Positions 8,911 through 18,532 of a stretch of 18,532 nucleotides of DNA are shown one piece after another. The first letter of the stretch is position 1, and the number at the start of each line of letters is the position of its first letter. The translations under genes and the position numbers were made by a program. The stretch is from Octopus sinensis (lineage: Eukaryota). Where the stretch lies: contig NW_021824510.1 of the NCBI RefSeq assembly GCF_006345805.1, positions 1-18,532 on the forward strand. The letters run 5' to 3'. Below the pieces are notes generated by a model, which was given only the letters and a program-made list of their open reading frames with translations, made no database searches and was not told the DNA's origin.

Positions 8911-9195
8911 GACGGAACGCACGCATCCATTTCTAAGTAAGTTTTTTCTTAACATATATATCTATAATTTTAAATTAATAATAGAAGGATAAAATTTATT
9001 AATTAAATTAATTAATTAATTAATCAATTAATTAACAATTTCACTAAGTAGATCGGTACGTTACAATAACCTTTATAGGTAAAATTATCCACATAATTAT
9101 AATTAGGGTTTAGCGAACTGCTTCACCACATACCGAAATTAGAAATAGGAGTTAAAAATTCCTTTTCTAATGGAGATTCTTATAATAGTAGAAAA

Positions 9196-9290
9196 GGGTC
9201 GATAAATTAAGTACCAGTTACGTACTGGTGTTGATCTAATCGACTGGCCCCCTCCCTAATTATTTCGGGCCTTGTGCCTAGAATAGAAAC
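9196..9290 (+). mobile_element. SINE family 1, 3' half, tail type B
   Basis: GGGTCGATAAATTAAGTACCAGTTACGTACTGG..CGACTGGCCCCCTCCC..TTTCGGGCCTTGTGCCTAGAATAGAAA. Confidence 0.88.
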
Positions 9291-9314
9291 GAAAACAATA
9301 TTCTCCTGCTTTCT

Positions 9315-9533
9315 AGGGCGGCGAGCTAGCAGAAACGTTAGCACGCAGGACAAAATACTTAGCGGTATTTCGTCTGTCTTTATGTTCTGAGTTCAAATTC
9401 CGCCGAGATCGACTTTGCCTTTTATCCTTTCGGGGTCGATAAATTAAGTACCAGTTGCGTACTGGCATCGATCTAATCGACTGGCGCCTCCCTCCAAAAT
9501 TTCGGGCCTTGTTTCTACAGTAGAAAAGAATAT
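9315..9533 (+). mobile_element. SINE family 1, full length, tail type B
   Basis: Head AGGGCGGCGAGCTAGCAGAAACGTTAGCACG, B-box-like GAGTTCAAATTCC, core, tail TTTCGGGCCTTGTTTCTACAGTAGAAAAGAAT; possible short TSD TCCTGCT (9304-9310 and 9533-9539). Confidence 0.93.
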
Positions 9534-10090
9534 CCTGCTGTTTATGTTTTATTTTATTCTTGTCATCTCCATAGCATTTTTCCTGTATTGTTTTACACAC
9601 ACACACAAACTCCCACACAGATGTAAATTAGCGTAACTTAGAAATTAGAAAAATAACGTTTTACTAGTTAATCAATTCATATCGTAAAAGAAAAAAAAAT
9701 CCATTGAGTAATATAATATTTAAAAGGATTTATTTAAATAACTAATGCACACATGTCAAATATGTATATTTTTATATAATAAAAAACTATTGCTTTAAAT
9801 AAATGTTTAGAATGTAAAAAAAAATGGTGTCATTCTAAGCATTGATTTAAATTTCAGGATTTACATATATATATATTGCACGTTAAAACCTAAGGTTTTA
9901 TCTGTTTATTTGAATCATTGTCTCCATATCTGCTCGCTTTAACCTGTTGACTTGGCTCTCGGTAAAGATATCGGAATGCAAGTTCAAATCATTTGATCGC
10001 CAATGTTTTCTATATTAAAATTTTCCCGATCTCATTTGATGATTCTCCTCCCTCTAGCTCTATCTACACACACACATACACACACGCATT

Positions 10091-10096
<6 letters not shown>

Positions 10097-10158
<62 letters not shown>

Positions 10159-10307
10159 TGTGTGTGTGTGTGTGTGTATCATGCACTTTCACGCAGTTTG
10201 CTCCTGGTGGTTAAATATTGTACCATCCTCAGTGGTATTTGATCGCAAAACGTAAATAACCGTAAATGAATACCACAGTACATTTGTCCAAGGTTAAACT
10301 GCTGCTA

Positions 10308-10339
<32 letters not shown>

Positions 10340-10540
10340 ACTGCTACTATTACAACTACTACTACCATCGCCTCCACTCTCACCACCATCGTCACCACCA
10401 CCACCACCACACACCACCACCACCACCACACACCACCACCACCACCACTACCACCACGACTACAACTACTACTACATCAACCATTGCTAGTATTTCTACC
10501 ACTGCCACCACTAGCACCACCACCACTGCTTTTTCTTCTT

Positions 10541-10574
<34 letters not shown>

Positions 10575-10778
10575 ATGTTGCTATGTTGTGGCTGTTATTG
10601 TATAGACCTGGAATAGGGACTAATCCAGTGGATCTGTGCCATGTTGGTTGTCAGTTGCTGTTTAGCCCTAGGTCTGCCTTGAATGGGTGAATCTATGAAT
10701 CCAAAGCGCTTCCCTTAAGACCAACTCGTGGTGGTGGTGGTAGTAGTAGTGGTGGTGGTGGTAGTAATAGTGGTGGTG

Positions 10779-10816
<38 letters not shown>

Positions 10817-11334
10817 GGTTGTGGTGGTAGTATTAGTGGTGGTGGTGGTAGTTGTCGGATTAGTAGTAGCAGTAGTAGTAGAGGTGGTGATAGTAGTAGT
10901 GATAGTGATTGTTATAGTAGCCGTTGTCGTCATCGTAGTAGTAGAAGCAATGGTGGTGGATAGTAGTATTAGTGGTGGTGGTGGTGGTGGTTGTGATGGT
11001 GGTGGTATAGTAAATGTGTAAAACAAGGATTGGTCTGTAATTGAAAACGATTGATTTTCCTATCAACCATCTCACCAACCAGCCAACCAAGCAGCCGACC
11101 AACCAGCCCCAGTAAAGGCAACGACAACAACAAAAACAATAACAACAACAACAACTGCAACAACACCAGTAAACAACAACACTACTAACAAGAACAATAT
11201 CAGTAACGATGGCAACAACACCAGCTACAACAATAACGTAGCAAGTACAACGGTAACCAATAGTATCATTAAGAGAATAACTGTAAAAATCTACTACTAC
11301 TACTACTACTATACTACTACTACTACTGCTGCTG

Positions 11335-11372
<38 letters not shown>

Positions 11373-11585
11373 GTTGCTGCTGCTAGTACTACCACCTTTG
11401 CCACCACCAACATCACCATCAACAACACCCCCAACGCACTCAGACCAATAACACCACTAAAACAACTATTATTATCGCCATCACCACCACAACCACCGTC
11501 GCCACCGCAACCACAACCATCATAATTACTGCAATCCCTACTACAACCAACCATTATAAACGCTATCACGTCTATCACTATCATC
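10097..11585. repeat. Microsatellite field: (TG)n 10097-10178, (CTA/CTG/CAC)n 10300-10575, (GTA/GTG)n 10728-11010, (CAA)-rich 11120-11260, (CTA)n/(CAC)-rich 11291-11585
   Basis: Directly visible; explains the poly-T/V/L/S ORFs. Confidence 0.92.
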
Positions 11586-12489
11586 TTCTTTAATAGAAAA
11601 TCAATTAAGGTAAGCTAGTCTTGTAAAAGTTCCGCAAGTTCAATTAATCATTTTAATTTCGAAAACCTTCCGAATAGTAAGATAGTTTTCTCATATTTGT
11701 AATTGTGTTGTCCCAAACAATTACCCCTTAAGAGTAATTGTCTTTCAAAAGCTTTAATATATTGAGCTAGGAATACTGTAGATAGAACTTACATTCGATT
11801 GACCAAGAATTGCTTTAAAGTTCGCTTTTATTACCATATACACAGATTTAATAATAATAATGATGATAAAAACAATGAAAACTTCAAAAATCTCCACAAG
11901 ACTCCATGTACATTTGGTACTTAAAAGAAACAGGTTTGCCCTGAATTTGAAATTTAATGGTAATTTTTTGGTCACGCTAATCTATACATAGTCATTTTTG
12001 CTGCGAAGTTCGTCGGAGCAAAAAATTCTTCATATAATTTCAAGACATTCAAAGGTCAAATGATTAGATAATGTTTTATTAAATGAATAGATATGTTGGA
12101 TAGGCCATTGTAGATACGCCTCAGAATATTTAGTTTTTATATTCCGACAGTGTACTCTCTCAGACTGATGATTCGAGAAGCGTACCATTTTGACAGCGCC
12201 AACAAAATAACAGTTACAATACAAAAATACATGAACAGCGTGATGGCAGCAAAGTATTCAAAACTGGTAGTGAACATCTTAAGAAGCTCTCAATCCCGCT
12301 GTAATTTGATACGATCTCAGAACAACTGACCGGATCTACTATGAACCTGAAGGAGAAATACTGTTCATACATAGTCTTTTCGCTGTAAACAGAAAGAAGC
12401 TAGCGTTGACATTTCAAACGTCGAACTTTTACAATTCAAGAGAAAAACTAACTATTAAAGAAAGAAAATGCCGACAATGTTTCATATAT

Positions 12490-12783
12490 CTGTTGTTGTT
12501 TGATCCTTCTCATAAGGGCCGGTTTCCTGGTTTCCTTGGTGTATAGGTTCCCCACCTGGACGGGACACCGGTCCGTCGCAGGTGAGCTGCAAGATGCAGG
12601 AGGAAAGAGTGAGAGAAAGTTGTGGCGAAAGAGTCAGCAGAAGTTCGTCATTACCTTCTGACGGAGCCACATGGAGCTTAGATGTTTCGCTCATAAACAC
12701 ACACATCGCCCGGTTTGAGATTCGAACTCGCGATCCCTCGACCGCGAGTCCGCTGCTCTAACCACTAGGCCATGTACCTCCAC
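12490..12783 (-). mobile_element. SINE family 2, full length, different tail ending in (CAA)n
   Basis: On the minus strand: A box TGGCCTAGTGGTTAG, tRNA-like GCGGACTCGCGGTCGAGGGATCGC, B box GAGTTCGAATC, body shared with the 6123 copy, tail ...GAAACCAGGAAACCGGCCCTTATGAGAAGGATCAAACAACAACA. Confidence 0.9.
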
Positions 12784-13041
12784 CATATACGTGTTAGCTG
12801 GGTAGAAATACTTGATATGTTTGCACTTTGTAAACGTTCCAGATCTCCTGCTTAAGTAAGCATTCAAAGTTTTGAGTTTATTTGAAATAAAAGAAAAATC
12901 TCTTCGTTGTACATTAGTTGCAAATCTTGGAACTAATGGAGTGTGCTTTGGAGTGTCCGAATGTTAACCTTTCTGAAGCTAAACTTGTGTTTGGAGTTGC
13001 GGTGTTTTAACTGCTCTTCTATCATCCCACTGTATACCGAC

Positions 13042-13260
13042 AATAAGCTGGTAGAATCGTTAGCAAGTCGGACAAAGTGCTTAGCGGGATTTCTTTCGAC
13101 TTTATACATTCTGAGTTCAATTCCGTCAAGGTCGATTTTGCCTCTCGTCCTCTCGGGGTTGGTAAAATAAGTACCAGTTGAGGACTGGGGGTCAATGTAA
13201 TCCACCGATCACCACCCCTAAAAGTTGCTGTCATTGTGATAAAATCTGAAACCTATTATT
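13042..13260 (+). mobile_element. SINE family 1, diverged near-full copy, tail type C
   Basis: AGCTGGTAGAATCGTTAGCA..GAGTTCAATTCC..GGTCGATTTTGCCTCTCGTCCTCTCGGGGTTGGTAAAATAAGTACCAG..AAAATCTGAAACCTATTATT. Confidence 0.85.
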
Positions 13261-13398
13261 GGCAGAACCAATAAAGAATTGGTCAAGATGCTTCGTAGTG
13301 TTTATTCTGGCTTCATATATTCCGAGCTCAGATCCTGTCATGGTCAGCTTTGCATTTCATCATTTCAGGGTCGATAATATAAAGTATCAGTCAAGTGA
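13261..13398 (+). mobile_element. SINE family 1, highly diverged fragment
   Basis: GGCAGAACC..GAGCTCAGATCC..GGTCAGCTTTGCATTTCATCATTTCAGGGTCGATAATATAAAGTATCAG. Confidence 0.7.
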
Positions 13399-13881
13399 GA
13401 TAAAAACCATGTACTGTTGAGAATTCTTTTTTTGGTTAGTAGCAGTGTTTCGGAGCAAGGAATAAAGTGAATCTTATCCTAGAATCCCCTATGTTTTACA
13501 GCATTCTTGTTTTAGGTTGATCAAAGATTTCAGTTTGGTGGTAGGTTTTTTTTTAGCGTATATGCTTATCTATAATTTTAAAGACAAAAAGTGACGTTCG
13601 AATACTTACCTCTTTAACAATACTTAATTCGGTTTGTTACATGGTTAGTATCGGTTCGTCCTAAAGTTCAGTGTCACATTTAAAATTACATCTAATGTTG
13701 CCGATCTCCTCCGCCAACGATGGTTATATTATGTGCATGCTTAACAGAATATTGAAAATACGTTGCCATTTATGAAGAAAACTTAAATAAAACTGATTTT
13801 CAGTAAAAAAAAGCATCACGTAAAACATATTGCTCATGAATTCTCCCTTAACATAAAGCCTAAAGTCACGGGAAGGAAATT

Positions 13882-13882
<1 letters not shown>

Positions 13883-13949
<67 letters not shown>
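13883..13949. repeat. (TATC)n microsatellite
   Basis: Directly visible. Confidence 0.97.
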
Positions 13950-14061
13950 GTCCGTATGCCTGCCTATCTGTCTGTCTGGCTACGCGCACATACATACCTG
14001 CCCCATCACCTTTCTTAACTCGTCCATCGAACCACATTCCCAACTGATTTGTATTCCCATT

Positions 14062-14103
14062 ATTTATTCTGATGAAAATCTAACGTCCGAAACGTTAAAG
14101 AGC
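14062..14103 (+). ncRNA. Degenerate minimal type I hammerhead-ribozyme-like motif (PLE-type), probably inactive
   Basis: CTGATGA (14069-14075), 13 nt, GAA-ACGT-T (14089-14096); partial stem I (TTTATT / AAAGAG); stem II lacks the 10.1-11.1 pair (A...C). Confidence 0.4.
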
Positions 14104-14356
14104 ACTCCTTTTTATGTAGTAAAACAAATACAGTATTTGCTGCACCTTATCCTTTCTATGTTGTTTTGTCTTTTACCTTTTTCATACTTTATTTCATTTC
14201 AATACACACACACGCACTCACACACACACACACACATACATATATGTAAAGATTTGAGGAGAACACTCAATACATAACGGAGGTTTAATAGTATTTATAA
14301 ATCTAGAATTTACAGCATCGCTACTCCGCGACACGTCCTTCCGTTTTAGCCACATA

Positions 14357-14559
14357 TAATCCTTTCTACTGTTAGAACAGGGCTTGAAGTTTTGGGGGAA
14401 AGAGATTAGACAATAACATCAATGCCAGGGCTCAACTGGCTCTTATTTTACCGAACCCGCAAGAATTGAAAGCAAAGTCGATTTCGACGGAATTTGAACT
14501 CAGAACGTAAGGACGGACGAAACGCTACTAATCATTTTGTCTGACGTGCTAACGTTTCT
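14357..14559 (-). mobile_element. SINE family 1, tail type B, head truncated at AGAAACGTTAGC
   Basis: Core AAAGCAAAGTCGATTTCGACGGAATTTGAACTCAGAACG; joined directly to the tail of the next copy. Confidence 0.87.
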
Positions 14560-14802
14560 TATTTCTTTATTGCCTCCAAGGGGCTAAACATAGAGGGGAC
14601 AAACAAGGACAGACAAATGGATTAAGTCGATTACATCGACCCCAGTGCGTAACTGGTACTTATTTAATCGACCCCGAAAGGATGAAAGGTAAAGTCGACC
14701 TCGGCGGAATTTGAACACAGAACGTAGCGGCAGACGAAATACCGGTAAGCATTTCGCCCGGCGTGCTAACGATTCCACCAGCTCACCGCCTTCTGCCGCC
14801 TT
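14560..14802 (-). mobile_element. SINE family 1, full length, tail type A variant (GGCAATAAAGAAATA), doubled head
   Basis: Aligns end to end with the 3764-3997 copy; the minus-strand start is AAGGCGGCAG-AAGGCGGTGAGC. Confidence 0.93.
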
Positions 14803-14820
14803 ACAATAATATTTAATAAT

Positions 14821-14867
14821 TAGAGCACTCGGAGAGCGCAAGCCTCTGCCAAGGCAACACCAACGTC
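14821..14867 (-). mobile_element. 3' terminal fragment of the HINE-like element
   Basis: Minus strand GACGTTGGTGTTGCCTTGGCAGAGGCTTGCGCTCTCCGAGTGCTCTA aligns ungapped to 7414-7460. Confidence 0.85.
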
Positions 14868-14883
14868 ATGGCCACACATGATA

Positions 14884-15020
14884 ATAATATCCATTCTACT
14901 GTATGTACAAAGCTTAAAATTAGTAGGGTTAGTTGATTACATCGACCCCAGTATTTCACTGGTACTTAGTTTATCGACCCCGAAAGGATGAAAGGCAAAG
15001 TCGACCTCGGTGGAATTTGC
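14884..15020 (-). mobile_element. SINE family 1, 3' half, tail type B
   Basis: GATTACATCGACCCCAGTATTTCACTGGTACTTAGTTTATCGACCCCGAAAGGATGAAAGGCAAAGTCGACCTCGGTGGAATTTG. Confidence 0.9.
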
Positions 15021-15694
15021 TCCTTATAATAATAATATCACAGTTGAGTGCCTTTTGAACAGCCATGTTTAGAGTTCAAATTGTAATGGAGTCCACATAA
15101 AGACGATTGGAACCAAGGTCAATAAAGTAAGCGTCAGATACACAGCAGACATGTTTGCAAAGACTTTACCAATTCCACTGATAATTCGCAGGCTTTGTAG
15201 CAAGGCAAGGAAATCATTATTTTTAAATGTTTATTGTCCAATTTATTTTATGAATCGTTTCAAATCTAACAGTTTTTTTCTTCTGTCTTATTTTTTTTTA
15301 TTGAAAAATATATAAAATATATAAATTTATCTATCAATTAATCAAACCGAAACGAAAAAAGTTTGAAGATATTTTAGATAAAACCAAAAAGCAAAAAGCA
15401 AAAAGCAAACAAAACGAAACGAAACTAAATGTTATTGAATACATTGGTAGAGTTTTGTTAAATAGTTTTATCTCCACCTTCATTCTTGTGTTTTTGTTTG
15501 CGTTATTTAAAGCCTGTTGTTCATGTCCTTGTTGTTGTTGTTCTTATCTATATATTACATGTTTAATGTGGGATTCCGGCAGACATATTTCACAGAAATT
15601 GATTTTCAGGAGAAATTTGTAGCAGCAGCAGTTCTTCTGGACTTCGTGCGTCGTCGTCGTCGTCGTCGTTGCCACCCTCATCCTCACTCCACCC

Positions 15695-15713
15695 CCTCAT
15701 TATCATTATCATT

Positions 15714-15748
<35 letters not shown>

Positions 15749-15752
15749 TTTA

Positions 15753-15807
<55 letters not shown>

Positions 15808-15926
15808 CATTATTATTATTATAATTATTATTATTATTATCAATATCATTATTATTACTATTATTATTATTATTAGTATTATCATCATCATCATCATCAT
15901 TATCATCATCATCATTATTATTATTA

Positions 15927-15960
<34 letters not shown>
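15695..15960. repeat. (ATT/ATC)n microsatellite
   Basis: Directly visible. Confidence 0.96.
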
Positions 15961-15961
<1 letters not shown>

Positions 15962-16349
15962 GTGACGATGATGATGATGACGATGAGAAGTAGTAGTAGT
16001 ATACACAGTAATAACATTATTATAAATAGGATTTGAACCGCTGTTGGTGATCAAGAGTAGTAGTAGTAGTATTTGTAGTAGTAATAGTAGTAGTAATAGT
16101 AGTAATAATAGTAGTAATATTATTATTATATCATTATTATTATGATTATTATTATTATATTATTATTATTATTATTATTGTGACGATGATGATGATGACG
16201 ATGAGAAGTAGTAGTAGTATACACAGTAATAACATTATTATAAATAGGATTTGAACCGCTGTTGGTGATCAAGAGTAGTAGTAGTAGTATTTGTAGTAGT
16301 AATAGTAGTAGTAATAGTAGTAATAATAGTAGTAATATTATTATTTATA

Positions 16350-16350
<1 letters not shown>
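15961..16350. repeat. Near-exact tandem duplication, period 218 bp
   Basis: TGTGACGATG... starts at 15961 and at 16179; the unique core ATACACAGTAATAACATTATTATAAATAGGATTTGAACCGCTGTTGGTGATCAAG is identical in both. Confidence 0.95.
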
Positions 16351-16383
<33 letters not shown>

Positions 16384-16396
16384 CATCATCATCATC

Positions 16397-16430
<34 letters not shown>

Positions 16431-16509
16431 TAAATGCAGTAATAATATTATTATTAACAGAAACTGAACGGCTTTTGATTATGATGCTCTATCGGTTCTT
16501 TCTTTCGGT

Positions 16510-16530
16510 CGTTCTTTCTTTCTCTGTCTC

Positions 16531-16569
<39 letters not shown>

Positions 16570-17109
16570 TCTCTCTGTTTCTCTTTCCCTCTCTCTCTCC
16601 CTCTCTGTTATTAATTCTATTTTAAAAGTTATATATTCGTCTTGTTTTTCTTAAACCTTTTCTGTATATTTCTACATTTGTTCTGATGTGGCTGTTATCG
16701 CGTCCGTTGTGTATTTTTCGTACATTGCTTGTTACAGTTACACACACACACACACACATATATTAACACACACAAACACACACAAACACACACATGTATG
16801 CATATAGACAAACATATACATATTTTTCAATCTGTACATACTTACATATAAATATATAAATAAGTATATAAATCTAAATCTATATCTATATCTTTATCTG
16901 TATATATATATATATGTAAGCACTATGCATACACACACATACACATACATACACACACACACGCAAACACACACATGTATCTATGTATATACACACACAT
17001 ATACGTATTTATCTATCTGTATATACTTACATAGAAATATATATATATAGGTATATAAATATCTCTATAAGTAGGCATGCATATATACATACATATATAT
17101 ACATATATT

Positions 17110-17142
<33 letters not shown>

Positions 17143-17520
17143 TATATATACACATATATATATACAAGCACGTATGCTTACATACTCACACAAGCACACA
17201 CGTATATATGATAATTGAGCTTTCTTTGTTCTTTTATTGTCTCCCCTTCGTATTGGCTGCTGTCTTGACGTTTGTTTATTTATTCCAGTATATATTATTG
17301 GACCGTCATGTTTTAGAGCATTGATAAAAAGCAATAACAGATGTTGATTTGAAGTTTTGGATTAACGTAAGTGCTGATTAATCGCTTATCTTAGCTTAAT
17401 CAGTAAATCGATTTTGTGTTTTGTGACAAATGAAAATGAAAGACATAAAAATTACAAATCACAAAACCAAACACAAAAACAAAAATATACACGAACACAT
17501 TAATAAATAGATACATCGTG

Positions 17521-17551
<31 letters not shown>

Positions 17552-17687
17552 CTATACATATATAACTATATAACTAGCTGGACATTGTGACTCCTGTCTG
17601 TGTTTACGAGTATAAATAAATATTTGTATTCATCGAAATTGTAAATATGTAAATATTTTTTAGATATGTACACGATACTTACATGTG

Positions 17688-17739
<52 letters not shown>

Positions 17740-17831
17740 GTGTGTGTATATGTATATGTATGCTAGGACAATAAAATATATTCAAGATCAAAGTGTTTAT
17801 CAAAGACCTCTGCTGATATATGTGTGTGTGT

Positions 17832-17884
<53 letters not shown>

Positions 17885-18150
17885 TATATATATATATATA
17901 TGCACACATGCATACATGCGTACTACACATTTTCCCGCCACACAATCACATGAGATAAGTACTCAATACATAACGTAGAGTTAATAATAACAATAATAAT
18001 ACTAATAATAGCTACCGATAAATACACACATACACACATAACTTATTGAATGTCCATGTGTCTATGTGTGTAGTTTGATATCCTGTACATATGTACACAC
18101 GCACACACACACACGCACACATACACACAACACACACACACACACATTTG
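16510..18150. repeat. Mosaic of (CT)n, (CA)n, (TA)n and (TG)n simple repeats with short unique spacers
   Basis: (CT)n 16510-16610; CA/TA tracts 16740-17210, 17520-17560, 17680-17930, 18020-18150. Confidence 0.85.
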
Positions 18151-18261
18151 AGGAGTGTGTGTGTGCTGGTATATATCTTTAAATACCCGTATCTCAAACC
18201 AAACATATGGCACTATTAAAAACTAATGGATCTGCAAAGTCTTTTGCCGATATATGTTTAT

Positions 18262-18302
18262 CATTATTATCGATATCATTGTTGATGTTGTTGTTGTTGT
18301 TG

Positions 18303-18333
<31 letters not shown>

Positions 18334-18532
18334 TATTACTATTATTATTATTATTAAAGATGGTGGACGGAGTGAGTTAGGCTGCCCGTTCTACTGTGTC
18401 TTCAACTGTCTCATTTGCTTACAATGTCCGGCCAATATTTGTTTCTTTTGTACCATATCATTGTCAAGATATTATCATGGCCACCACTACCACCACCGCC
18501 ACCGTCACCATTATTATTATTATTATTATTAT
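18262..18532. repeat. (ATC/ATT/GTT/CAC)n tracts flanking a short unique segment
   Basis: Directly visible at 18262-18357 and 18480-18532. Confidence 0.85.

Noticed and set aside
12163-12190. CTGATGA as a hammerhead core
   Set aside because: Followed by GAAG rather than GAAA, with no stem II or stem I.
12700-12783. tRNA gene
   Set aside because: A and B boxes are present but the acceptor stem is incomplete and the sequence continues into a repeat body shared with another copy; it is a SINE head.
12985-13010. CFNC as a zinc knuckle
   Set aside because: The remaining H and C ligands are absent.
13602-13611. U1 snRNA 5' end (ATACTTACCT)
   Set aside because: The match stops after 10 nt and no U1 stem-loops follow; better read as a minus-strand donor or chance.
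13690-13740. Minus-strand ITIVGGG as a Rossmann motif
   Set aside because: In-frame stop five codons later; chance.
2165-15020. Recurring ~50-bp conserved core as a CRISPR-like array
   Set aside because: Copies are dispersed on both strands with irregular spacing, Pol III boxes and TSDs; there are no cas genes and the context is eukaryotic. These are SINEs.
15610-15700. Ser-rich exon after TTTTCAG (GEICSSSSSSGLRASSSS)
   Set aside because: No donor site; the frame runs into (ATT)n poly-Ile.
1176-18206. Most ORF-track entries (poly-YI, MYVC, poly-T/V/L/I/N, YLSI)
   Set aside because: They are translations of microsatellites or of SINE/HINE sequence, with no domain content or gene structure.

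Overview
Repeat-dense, essentially non-coding animal DNA. The SINE families and the density of (TATC)n, (TA)n and (ATT/AGT/GGT)n microsatellites resemble an octopus (cephalopod) genome; this is recognition from memory, not a database result. I find no supportable host protein-coding gene, tRNA, rRNA or CRISPR array, and nearly all ORF-track entries are translated simple repeats or SINEs. Supported content: (i) a decayed Penelope-like GIY-YIG endonuclease (~25-390); (ii) a nested fossil cluster at ~2970-4450 with two RTE-clade LINE 3' ends, a SINE with a 15-bp target-site duplication (TSD) and a mariner transposase fragment; (iii) about 13 copies or fragments of one tRNA-like-headed SINE family (~12% of the window), often in co-oriented clusters and with several tail types; (iv) two copies of a second SINE family sharing head and body but with unrelated tails; (v) a complete Helentron-type non-autonomous element (HINE-like, 7091-7460) plus a 3' fragment, both joined to a SINE head through the same junction; (vi) a ~400-bp fold-back palindrome, a near-exact 218-bp tandem duplication and a degenerate minimal hammerhead-ribozyme-like motif. 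The most interesting signals concern mobile-element mechanics: the repeated HINE-SINE junction, GGTAT-initiated TSDs and tail swapping.
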